A DNA stretch of 64,000 bases, taken from the NCBI GenBank assembly GCA_028534125.1, contig CM052818.1:12402001-12466000 (forward strand), in the 5' to 3' direction. Below are positions 53,014 to 64,000 of this stretch, in pieces. The notes beneath the pieces are model-generated. The model was not told where the DNA came from. It made no database searches and worked only from the letters and a program-made list of their open reading frames with translations. The DNA comes from Lama glama. Taxonomy: Eukaryota. A program made the position numbers and the translations under genes. The first letter of the stretch is position 1, and each line of letters starts with the position of its first letter.

Positions 53014-53358
53014 TATCATGATTTTATGATTTGAGGGACTGGGTGGCCCAGGTAGATTTTGCTATCACCAGAGACAATGGAGAGAATTTTCTTACCCAAG
53101 ACAGTGGGAAATACCAGAGCCAGGGTAGAAGCTCTGGGAGGAGGAAGCCAGAAAGGAAATCTGGAGGTGAACAATCAATGGGCAATAAGACATCATGAAG
53201 CCAGCAACCAGGGCAGTTAGAACAAATGCAAAATGAAGCAGAGAAAAATCAATCATAGAGGTTTGCTGAAGGCCAGGAGGAGTTGTATTTATTGCTTACT
53301 TTAAAGGAACAGCCGGAGCGTGGATTTTTAGCATGGCTTAAAGGGAGTAGGTCTTACA
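53014..53358 (-). mobile_element. Putative ancient LTR (possibly Gypsy/MamGyp-type)
   Basis: Minus strand starts TGTAAG at 53358 and ends in degenerate atcatgata; internal AATAAA; abuts a frameshifted ORF. Family assignment is inference. Confidence 0.35.
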
Positions 53359-53779
53359 CTCTTGTTCAGATCCTGGCCTCAGATTCCCCTAGATTCTCTT
53401 TGGAATTCAGTGATTCCACTTCAGATTCCACTTGTTGTTCTCTGTGATATGGGCAGGGCTGTTCATAGATCAATGGTTCATCTTTGTGAAAATCTAGGTT
53501 TTGTGGAGTTGGGTTATGAGGTTGAGAATTAATCGGAAATTAGCAATTTTTTGAAATGGCAAGCATTCGTTCTGTGACAGTTCATCGGGGATGTAGAAAG
53601 AGACTTGTTTTGTCATGAAGTGCTCTGGAGGGGTATCTAATAAACCCTTGCTATGAGGTGCTACCAAGGCAATGGTGGGAGAATTCAGCGGCAGGCTGGA
53701 AAAATCCAACGAGCTGAAGTGGCAAGTGACAGGAGACTGCCCTTCGGCAGGTCTGTGTTGCAGGCTGATTCCTGGACAC

Positions 53780-54085
53780 CAACATAGAATCAGCATGTTG
53801 GCAACAGTGAGTCTTCCAAACCATAAACATGGTATATAAATACATTTATTAGGTCTTCTAAAGTTTCTGTCAAATAAGTTTCTATAGGTTTTACATGTTT
53901 TTAGTAGATTTATATGTAGATATTTGATATGCTGATGCTATAGTAAATTGTCTTTTTCAGCTTTTTCTAGCTGCAGCCAACAATAGAAACAGACTATCCA
54001 GTGACCTCACTCAACACACTTACTTATTCTAATGGTTTTTATGTAGTTTGGTTTTATTATAGATATAGTTGTTATGTGTATAAAG
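53780..54085 (-). mobile_element. Old L1M ORF2 fragment
   Basis: tgagtcttccaaaccataaacatggtata...catttattaggtcttct. Confidence 0.7.
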
Positions 54086-54384
54086 TAAGCTTTTAGGTCT
54101 TTTTTTTTTTAACCTTTTGTAGACAAACTTTTCTTGGGGAAGGAGAATGTTGGAATCCTGAACCAAAATTCCTGGAGCCTGAGACCTGGAACAGGGCTAG
54201 AAGTAAAACTCTTACTAGTGTTTCTAGGTGCTTGTAAGAACCAAGGGAAACTTGGGTGACACACCAGCTTTTCAGAAATTCCACTGTTTGAAGCTTGATG
54301 AGAGAGTTTCATAGATCCCTTCCACTCCCTTAAAAGAACATATTTGATTCAGTCAGTTTATAATAGCTAGCATTTTTAGTGGTT

Positions 54385-54421
54385 GCCCGGCTAGCTCAGT
54401 CAGTAGAGCATGAGACTCTTA
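54385..54421 (+). pseudogene. tRNA-Lys(CTT) 5'-half tailless retropseudogene
   Basis: gcccggctagctcagtcagtagagcatgagactctta matches the first 37 nt of mammalian tRNA-Lys-CTT as recalled, with one G>A change; flanked by direct repeats; no 3' half and no polyA. Confidence 0.9.
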
Positions 54422-54518
54422 TAATAGCTAGCTAGCATTTTTAAAGATTCATTATGTGCCCACATAATATGCTTTAAATTTTAACTCATTTCCTCTTCAA
54501 AAGAATACCATGAGGTGA

Positions 54519-54660
54519 GGGAGAGTATAGCTCAATTAGTAGAGTGTGTGCTTAGTATGCATGAGGTCCTGGGTTCAAGCCCCAGTGCCTCCATTAATAA
54601 ATAAATAGACAAATAAACCTAATCCCCCACCCCCACAGAAAAAATTCTAAAAAAATTAAC
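54519..54660 (+). mobile_element. tRNA-Ala-derived camelid SINE (Vic-1-like) with TSD
   Basis: gagagtatagctcaa...gcttagtatgcatgaggtcctgggttcaagcccc...aaataaacctaat; TSD aaagaatac(c/a)atg(a/g)g at 54500-54514 and 54661-54675. Confidence 0.88.
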
Positions 54661-56664
54661 AAAGAATACAATGGGATATTAGCTATTATCCCCATTTTAC
54701 AGGTAAGAAAACATGGTCACAAGGAGGTTAAATAACTTTCCTAAAATTATACAGTAAGATGGTGAAGCAGTATACAAGTTGAGATGTTCTGTTTCTAAAA
54801 CTTGTGGTCAGTGTTACACTATTTCAAGTTGATCTTCTGGATCAGAGATTATTCACAAAACTTTCACATATCCCTTGGTCTACCCTGAGGTGAGTATATC
54901 CTATACATGATCAAATGAAATTCAACATACAACTTAACTGTACAATGTGAGTGTGTAGGGCAAACTCTAATAACTCCGATAGTTGTCCCTCTATCAGCAA
55001 GGTACTTTTCCATTGGTGGTTGTGGTGGTGTTGGAGCCAAAACCATGCACCAGACTTGCCTTGTCACACTAAGGACAAGACTAACAGCAGCCCAACAGCA
55101 GGAATCAATAATCAGTTAAAGACATAGCGTCATAAATTTCCCACCACACCTTGTCTTGGGGAATGCATTTGCTAAAGTGGCAAAAGCATGACCAGATCCC
55201 TAGGTCAGGTGTGGTTGTTGAGCAATCCCGGAGCCACGAGTAAATGTCTCCCAACTCATACACGAAGCAACCATCACTTAGAGAAAGATACTTTCAACTA
55301 CCAGACCTACTCCATCACTTAGTGGCTCCCAGCAGGGTCCTCTGAGTTAAATCTATACTCCTGAATCAATCAAATGCAGTTTGTTCCATGTTGGCTCTTC
55401 AGCCCTAACTCTGGAAGCCCAGGAATTAGCGGTTTGTAGCATGCTAGTTGGTGTAGTTGTCACACATGTTAGGAAGCCAGAAAGTACTATTTAGTTCTAA
55501 ACCTGCCGCCTTGTTTTGATACCTGCAGTTGGACATGCTGTCTCAATTATAAAAGAAAGATTAGTTAATTTTGTGAAAATGTTGGCCATTTTCATATGGG
55601 ACTAATATTTCCTGTTTCCAATGGCTTAATGACAGGTGGTCCACGTTTTAGCTGCCAGTATTCACAGACGAATAAACAAAAGTACCAATAGCCAAAGATG
55701 TTCAAATTTAACCTAGTTAAAAATTATCGTACAATCTACAGTTTTCAAAGCCCATTAAAATTGCACAAGGCAGCTGCACACGGCAATAGCCAGGGCATAG
55801 TCCATGGGGACTTAGAGAAGAAAGGGAAAAATAAAACACCTCCTTGCTTTTCAGAATGTAGATGTAAACTGCCTTACTGTAAAGTGCTTATTTGCCAATA
55901 AATTGGCTAATGGCCAGCAACACATGGACCACTGTAAACAGATTCTTCAAAAGTGGACCCTAGAAGGTGAATGAGTTGTGAAAGTTATTGGCCACATATC
56001 CTGCTTCAACATTGAAAAATATTAACCTACAATGCATTGATCTGCTTCAGTGATAAGGAAACGGATACAAATGATGGCAGTGAGCCTTCTACTAACACAT
56101 GGAAGGCAAGCCAGCACTAACAGGGGGTCAGTTGTAGGGGGAGGGAACTATAAATATCACATAAAAGCAACTCCTTTGAGAAGAAACAGCTGAAAGAGTT
56201 ACCCCTCCCCAAAGCAAAAAGAAAAAACTGTGACCCTATTATTTACCTTGCAGTAGCCAATAAAGATGGAACCCTAGCCTGGATTTGAAGGGCAGGACCA
56301 CACATAAGACACGTTACTTCCCCTTAAATGCTGGTCCTGGGGGAATGTGAACACCTGTGGAGAAAAGGTATCCTGTGATTAAAATGATGGCCTCTGGTTT
56401 TTCCTGGAAAGTGGCAATTAATCCAGAATGAGAAAGGCTATGCAGTACTGCAGATTGAAGACAGAGAAATGTTGAGGGTGGAATAGGGGGTAAGAGCTCT
56501 GAACATTAGAAGGGAGGGGAAGGGCACTGGTGTCTGGAGGGCATTTGAGTCAGGAAGGGAGAAGAGGAATGTTAATTGGTGGTGGTGGTTGTTTATGCTT
56601 TGTCTTGGCAGTGTTTTTATGTTGAGCCTGCAATTCTATTAGGAACCATACTTATGTTTTCTTA

Positions 56665-56925
56665 TTTAATACCAAGATAACTCAGGGAGACACACATTAT
56701 GATTACCATCTTACAGACCAGTAAACACGTTTGGTGACGTTAAATCCTTGCCAGAGATGAGCAGTTAGTCCGCGAAAGAGCCAGATTTCCAAACTATAAA
56801 CAGGTCACTTGTCTGCCCCAGGCCTCAGTTTCCTCCTCTACACAGGTGGATAATACCGCAAATCTGATATGGTTGCGGTGAGAAGTGTTTTGGGATGATT
56901 TGTGGGAAGGACTCAGGACCGGGCT
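56665..56925. mobile_element. Two MIR fragments in opposite orientation
   Basis: accatcttacagaccagtaaac...gttaaatccttgcc (minus), then gtcactt...ggcctcagtttcctcctcta (plus). Confidence 0.65.
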
Positions 56926-57330
56926 TGTCGGCGCCTGATGGTTGAAAGCTTGGCGGGACGCAGCGCAGAGGAGCGCTGCGGTGAGGCCGAGGCGGCTGCG
57001 TGATCAAGACGTGGGGCCCTTGCTGGAGCTGTGTCTCTCCTCCCCGACAGGACCACGGACAATAACCCTAATTCCAGGCAGTCATCGTGAAAATGTGTCT
57101 GGAATTGCTCGCAAGAGGAAGACTATAAGAGAATACGGATGGAGTAGTGAAAAACCCAAGTTCAATATCGAGAAAACAGTTGGAACTACTTCCCTGATTG
57201 AGCTCAGTACCATCGCTTTACAGAAAGCGCGTTGTTAGAGCACAGATCCCTCACAGTGGTCTAAAAACCAATTTACAGCTGCTCTCCAGCACCACCTACC
57301 GGTAAACTGACAGAAGACAGGACGCAAGCT
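56857..57330. promoter_or_regulatory. Small CpG-rich patch (candidate hypomethylated promoter/enhancer)
   Basis: 14 CpGs counted in 56920-57060 against a CpG-depleted background. Confidence 0.45.
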
Positions 57331-58199
57331 GCAGGGCTGAAATTGAGCAGATGGGTTTTTAAAAGTCAGTTTGAGGTGGGGGAATAGTTAAAGGAGACCC
57401 TGTGCAGCCCCATAATAGAGAGCATTGCATAGACCCGATGTAACAGGCAGAATATGTACAAACGTGACTTCTGGAACAGTCTGTAAAAAATTAGATTACA
57501 ATACTATAAACAAATATGCAGACATGTCTTCAGAGGATTCAGAAGTGGGAAAAAGGAAATGCACGAAGTTTGATGAATTTACAAAGTTTTCTTTCAGACT
57601 GGTTGTTTTGTGCATCGGCCACAAACATAACCTTCAAAAGTAATCTGTAATAGATTTGCAATTGTACCAAAATATGTATTAAATAATCATAGATGGGAAA
57701 AAGAAATGAAAATGATTATGTATTTTGGGGTGCATTAAGTTTTTCTCTTAAGCTGTCTATAATTTGAAAAAGGAAAGCCTTATTTAAAGTAACACATAGT
57801 AAATAAAATATCCAAACTGCAAAAGGTATATAGTGAAACACTCTCTGAAGCCCAGAATCCCATTCTCTCTTCCAGAAATCGGTCAGGTTTATGAGTTCTT
57901 GTTTACTTTTCTGAAATGTTTTCCTTGCATATTCAGCAAGTGTTTGTGGGTGTGTGTCTGTGTCACATCTTGGTCAGGAACCTCGGGGACATCCCTTAAT
58001 GCCATCAGATCATTTCAGCCTTAACTAAAAAGTTGGCTGGTACCACTAGATGACAATAAAATAAGTTGAATTTAGGCAACAGAGCTGTGTTAAATATGTG
58101 TTTAGCTTTTTAGAATTTGTGTCAAAAGGATTGGTGAAGTCTTTAAATTCAAATTTATTTTTATCAAAGATATACTTGCATGGTGTTTCTTATTTCCAC

Positions 58200-60420
58200 A
58201 TAGCATACTTATGGGCATATTTCTTTTTTAGTTAACTCTATATGATGCCTATTTCTTTTCTGCTGTACAGGATGAGGATAAAGTTTCTTAAACTGTCCTC
58301 CTAAACACACGAGCACAAATTCCCTCCCCCACCCAACCAGCAGAGTCATTTCATATTTCACATTTGGCTTGAAATATGATCAATACTCAGTGTGTACACT
58401 GTTATGATTGTATAAATATTATTTGCAGATGAGACATATTTATGGTTCAGGAGGACTTGGACATTATGCTATTTTATTTCTCGTATAAATGTTGCTTTTT
58501 CTGGACTTAATAAATGTCTCTTTTTAAACTTTACACAGGTCTATGTACCTATCAGTAAATCATCCCTAAATTCTCAGACATCCCTAGACTCAGAAAATCT
58601 CTCGGTATATTCAAACACAGGAGGTTATCTGTCAGTTACATTTCCTCTTCTTTTTAAACAACCCCTGTTCTTCCACTTAAATTTGGATCCGTGGCCCCCT
58701 GGGCCTGCTGCCCAGCTACCCTGAACACTTTCCACACCCTTTCTAGTGTTGTATCCTCTGGATTCTATCCTATATTGTCTGTTTTATGCCTTCATTTGAG
58801 GAACAGATTGTTTAGAATCTTTCAAAGAAAAGGTGCTTGAGTGTTTTTATTTGTTTGAGATGTGATAACCTGGCTAAAAAGAATTTCTAGGTTGAAAGTG
58901 AATATTTCCTCAAAACTTTGAAAACATTAATTTCTTATTTTCTAGTTTCCAGGGTAAATGTTTGTTTTTCTTTGTTTGTTTCTGTCTTGTTTGGAGAATT
59001 TTGACACAATTCTAACTCCTGATGTTTTCTCAGTGACCTGCAGTTTTCTCTAGAAGTGTGTAGGGTCATCTCTTTCCACGCAGGGTTCTGAAGTTTCGTG
59101 TAGAAGTCTTGGTGTGGCTTATTCTTCATTCACTTGGCAAAAAAAACCCCCAAAACAAAACCAAACCAAAAAAAGTGGATCTTTTTTTGTATTATTTCTT
59201 CAACAATTATATTCTGCAATTTTGTCCTGTTCTTTTTTTCTCCCTCTGTTTTAGAACTTCTTTTATTTGTAAACTAGAATTCCTGGGTCACCTTTTGAAT
59301 TATTTTCTCTTGAAGTTTCTAGTTCTCTGTGTTTTTGGTCTTTGGAGATGTGCTCAGTTTTATTTTCCTAAACTTCTGAATTTCCCCTTTCCTTTGTCAT
59401 ATTTATCTTTTTCAAGGGCACCCTTGTCTCAGTGTTCCACTTTTCTGTGACTGTCTCTTAGGGAAGCGGTAACTTCACTTCTCTCTCTTGGCGTCATACA
59501 GCTTTTTTTCCCTCATGATTCTATTTAGCCTTCCACACTGTCTATATTGTTCAAGTGTAATTTTTTCTATTTGTTAATTTTGATATTTGTCAGTTTTCTT
59601 AGGGACTTTCCTCAAGTGATTGGTGATCCATGAGTCTATCAAATAGCACACATCTGAGAGAGACAGAGAATTAGAGAGAGAGGGAGAGAGCGAGCGAGAA
59701 GGAGAGAAACAGGTGCTGGGATTTATTGTGGAGAAATGTTTATTTAGGGACTCTTGTCTGCATCTGAAGGTCTCTCTGTTAGGATTGTTTTCCCAGAAAA
59801 GAATCCTCTAGTATTCTTCCCGGTGAATATAAAGCTGGCATCAAGGTTCTGGGGCCAAGCCGAAAGGACTGGGGGGGTCCCATAATTCAGTATATTGACT
59901 CTGATTTAGTCTTCACCCCCCACCCACTGAGCTTTCTGGTGTCTCTAAGCCCAGACTCCCTGTGTGCTAACTCCTCAGTAATGAAACCTATTGTCCTATC
60001 AGGTTGTAGGGGTCTAGTTGCTCTTATTTTGCAGACTTGTGTTCATTAATCTGTTTCTTCAGTGAATATTTGCCATAGCCTACTACATGCCAAACACTGT
60101 TTTATGTAGCGTGGGAAGGATTGTCTGCGAAACACGTGGAATCTCTTGCCCACTGTGGGGCTTTCATCCCCAAATGAATCTTTACTTTCAAAACTTACTG
60201 GTGTCTCCGAATTCTAAACTTTGGTCTTGTGTAGTGCAAGTTGGCTTGCTTTTTCTGTAGCTCTTTGCCTACTCTGTTTTTATTTTCTATTTGGCCTGTT
60301 CAGTCAGGAACCACCTTGCCCTTTTGTTTTCCAGTTCCAAAACTGGGTAGCTTCAACCTCCTCTTCAGCTTTTTTGTTTTGTTTGTATTTGGGGATTGAT
60401 TTCATACCCTTTTGGTCATT
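58200..60420 (-). mobile_element. Highly diverged old L1/HAL1-type 5'/ORF1 region fragments
   Basis: T-rich strand with ttgataacctggct...gaatttctaggttgaa...tttcctcaaaactttgaa-type L1 ORF1 antisense motifs. Confidence 0.55.
59657..59709 (+). repeat. Degenerate (GA)n microsatellite
   Basis: gagagagacagagaattagagagagagggagagagcgagcgagaaggagag. Confidence 0.8.
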
Positions 60421-61914
60421 TCATGGCATTTAGGAAGAACATAGAGGTACACATGTATGTCCAATAGGCCATCTTTAGTAGAAACAGCTGGGAGTAATTT
60501 TGCCTTATGAGCCCAGCACCTGAATGTCTGCCAACCCGCGATGTGCTTGGGTCCCCCAAAGTCTCATGGAGTTGGGAATCTGGACTCTCCTGTACTAAGA
60601 GTTCTCTCTGGTACAGGCTGGCCCTGTCTGCAGAGGTCATGCACCGGTCTGCATGACTTTTCCTGCAATTGCTGTGTCCTCTGACAGAAATGCAGTTGCT
60701 TTTTCTGGTCAGAAAGGACCCAGAACAATTCCTACCCCCCACCCCCAACCATTCCCTAGCATTATATGTTGCCCGGAACTGAGAGAATTTATAGAGCTTC
60801 AGTATGTTTTTTAGTTAAGGCTCCTCACATTTTCCCCTTCTGAGTCTTTGGAACCTTCAAAAAGAGGTTAATATATAATTTTCTATTTTTATCATGATTC
60901 TATGCACCTGTGGTTTTTTGGAAGGAAATAGTCACTTGTCTAGAAGAAAGGCGACCTTGTTTCTTCTCATTTGGAACAAGAAAGTTCCTCTTGAGCACTT
61001 TTCCAATTTCCCAAAGAAGGGCAGGTTTGTCCTACCACCTTCTGGAAACTTCATGGTGGCAGACTTCGTGGAGCTGAGGGACACAGGCTCTCTTTCCCCT
61101 TAAATCATCAAAATCAAGGCAATGTACCCTATAACCTGCTACACTCTGTCATGAGTGGCATGCCTTAGCCCAGTATCAATTTTTTTCCCCAAGAAATCAA
61201 AACCGTACATCCTTATGGGAGATCTTTCCTTTCAGAGTATTGCCCCAAGTCTTTTCATATCAGAATCCTCAGTTTCCCATTTTTCAAAGTAGAGCCCAGT
61301 TCCAGCGATTACAGATGAAATTCTAGGATTTCAACTCTAAGTACTATTTTTCCGATGGGCATTAAATCTGAAAAATATGTTTTCAACTTTCTTGAGGGGA
61401 TTTAGAGAAAGAGAAAAGGAGTCAATCTTTTATTAAGCTGTTAAATTGGTTTGTGAATTCTACACCTGTGGTGGGAAAGGAGTGGAGAAACTTCATGGTC
61501 CTGACCTTCTTGTTCCTAAAGATAACTTTTGTGTGTGAATAAGAATTTCACAACTCTGAAAGGAAATCTTTTCAAAGGGAACTAAAGAAAATGTCAGAAG
61601 ATTTTCAAACTATGAAAATTACTTAAGTGAAAAACTGATACTAGAAATCTGAACATTGACAAAGCACAATATTACCTATAAAACTCTTTGGCATCTTTTT
61701 ATATTTCCTTCAAAACGCTTTGTGAATTGCTTGCCCCTTTAAGTGATAAACCTGTACCTGTACTTCCTTGAGAAACTTCATATCACCTAGAACACACTTG
61801 GAACAATAATAAGTATTTACAAACACTTTTAAAAATTAACTTTCAGTTATTTTCACTCAAGATAAATAGTTAAGACATATACTCCGAAAGGCACACAGAA
61901 AGGAGCAGATTACT

Positions 61915-62520
61915 TGATCACTTACTTAAGATATACTTGTTGAATGCCCACCGGGTGTCAGGTCTTATGAGAAGTTTTAGGAGCACAGGCATAAATTAGA
62001 GAGCTGTGGCAATGCCTTCACCAAGCTGGTGGTGAAGACAGATGAAAGAAATATACACAAAATGTGGGATAAATGCTATAGTGGCAGAATTATAAGGAGT
62101 TTAGATAGCATTTTAGTTCAGGATTCTACCCTATTCCGGAGGTGGGGAAAGGAGTGCCAGCTAAAGGTGCTATCTTAAATGCTATATAAGAGCTCTCTCG
62201 AAAAAGAAAGGAAATTAGTTTTCCAAGAGGAAGGACTAGTATGTATGAAGATCTAGAAATGAGAGAGGAATACATTGTAGCGCAGTTACAACAAAGAAAT
62301 TTGTGAGACAGAGAGAGGTGAGAATTAGGGTAGGCAGGTGAGCAGAGGTCACATTATTCAGGGAATTTAAAGGCACATTATGGGTGTGGATTTCATTACA
62401 AAGATAATAAGCAGCCATTGACAATTATTTTAGGGTGGTAATGACGTGATTAGATTTGTACTTCGGGCGGATCATTTTGGCTGCGTATGAAAAATGAATT
62501 GAAAGAGAACAAAGTGTTGG
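61915..62520 (-). mobile_element. L2 LINE fragment
   Basis: atacttgttgaatgcccacc, gtgattagatttgtacttcgggcggatcattttggctgc. Confidence 0.75.
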
Positions 62521-62549
62521 AGCACTTCTTATTCCAGTCTTGTCAGAGA

Positions 62550-64000
62550 AGCCAGCATTAGACTTAACTTCTTACCTAAACAACTATTGAAGTAGACCAG
62601 TTATGTAAAACAAATATTTTTAGGCATTGGACACCAGTCAGCGTAAGGCTGAGATCCTTAATGAAAAAACAGAACAAAAAAACCCCCATGTAAGTAATTT
62701 TTGGATTCCTTCAGATTTCTGCCAGAGGAAATGTCCAACGCATGATACTCGAAAGCAGAAAGGGGAATTCTCACTGGGCAGAGTAAGACAGTTTGGTGTT
62801 TTGGGGCTGCATACATGCCTGGAATTTGTGGGGTATGTTGACAGAATGAAATAACCACAGTGGAAGAGGATTTGAAATTTGTAAAGGGGTTCTCTGGTCC
62901 TTGGGATACAAGGTGAAATTCCACAAGGCATAAGGCCATGGAACTGCTGATGAGGGGCAGACAGCTGAGTGAGATTCCTGATCACACAAAGATCACGAAA
63001 TGCCAGGAAGATGTTGGAGTTCTGACCTCAGTAGTTACAGACACCTTAATAATTAAGCCAGGTATTTAGTTGAAATCCCCAAATAGTAGAGGTCACACTC
63101 TAAGACTACTTTGCACTCATTTAACAAGTTCTTTGCCCAACAACTAAGTGGAAATTTGACATAATCTCACCCTGAAAAGCTAGAAAACAAGTCTGAACAG
63201 GATAAAATGATCCACCTATAATTTAACTACCTCCCAAACAGGACAATGGTATAGAAACTGATACAAAGATTCTAAAATGTATGTTGAAATAAAGTCCACA
63301 TTATGTGTATCTTGACTGGTCAAAACAATCTTGAAGAAATACAAATTTGGAGGGTTTTACTACCAAATTTCACAACATATTGTAAAACGACAATAATTAA
63401 GTCATGATTTTGGAGTTATGATTAAAAATACATCAGTGGCACAAAACAGACGTTCTATGTCCATATCTACATATATGCAATCAATTGCTTTTGCCAAAGG
63501 AGTTAAACAATTTCGGTCTGAGAAAGGAGATTCTCAGTAAAGTGCTGGGGCAACTAGATGATCACGTGGAAAGAATAAACATTGATTCTTTCCTCATACG
63601 AAGCATGATTGGCAGTGGCTCATAGACCTAATGGTAATAGTATTTAAATTATACAGCTAGAAGAAAGTATTTTCACAAGTTTAGGGTTAGTCAAAGATTT
63701 CTTAGGAAGGCTCAAGAGGTACTAATCAAAAAAGAAACAAATGGTAAATTGATTTTCATTAATATTGAAAATTCTTGCTTATCAAAAACAGTATTAAGAA
63801 GGTTGAAATCAAGCCACGGACTGGGAGAAAATATTCTCAAAACATATATCTGACAAAGGACTCATAATTAAGACTACACAAAGAATACCTACAACTTAAT
63901 AATTAAAGGAAAAATGACTAAAATATGGGAAAAAAAGACTTGAACAGGTGTTTAACCAAATCTTATGTAAGAATGTCCACAGTGCCTATGGAAATGTGCT
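62550..64000 (+). mobile_element. Old L1M fragments (5' region-like, then ORF2 3' part) running off the window end
   Basis: aaaacaatcttgaagaa, gtgctggggcaactagat, ctgggagaaaatatt...atctgacaaaggactcata, aaagacttgaacag. Confidence 0.85.

Larger units (their letters stand above)
54360..54822 (-). mobile_element. MIR SINE split by two younger insertions
   Basis: ataatagctagcattt...attatgtgcc...aactcattt...tattatccccattttacaggtaagaaaac...ggttaaataacttt. Confidence 0.8.

Noticed and set aside
56942..57238. 98-aa ORF across the CpG patch
   Set aside because: TTG start and stop-codon scarcity explained by local GC richness; no domain recognised.
1..64000. CRISPR arrays, operons or prokaryotic defence-type systems
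   Set aside because: The sequence is mammalian repeat-rich DNA; there are no regularly spaced repeat-spacer arrays and no gene-dense ORFs.

Overview
AT-rich mammalian non-coding DNA, either a gene desert or a deep intron. It is most likely camelid: there are two tRNA-Ala(AGC)-derived Vic-1-like SINEs, and I saw no Alu, B1, Bov-A/BovB, PRE-1 or CAN SINEs. I can support no intact protein-coding gene; the ORF track is chance ORFs plus decayed L1 ORF2 and Tigger1 transposase. A large part of the window is interspersed repeats (L1, L2, L3, MIR, MaLR/ERVL LTRs, hAT and Tigger DNA transposons), separated by repeat-poor blocks with enhancer-like motif clusters. The most notable observations are: a tRNA-Lys(CTT) 5'-half tailless retrocopy with a target-site duplication (TSD); an old ~130 bp inverted duplication inside an LTR; a possible Gypsy-like LTR with an adjoining frameshifted ORF; a MEIS/PBX-HOX motif cluster; a small CpG-rich patch; and a ~50 bp L1 micro-insertion. 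Repeat family names come from recalled consensus sequences, not database searches, and boundaries are approximate. I found no convincing novel multi-gene system.
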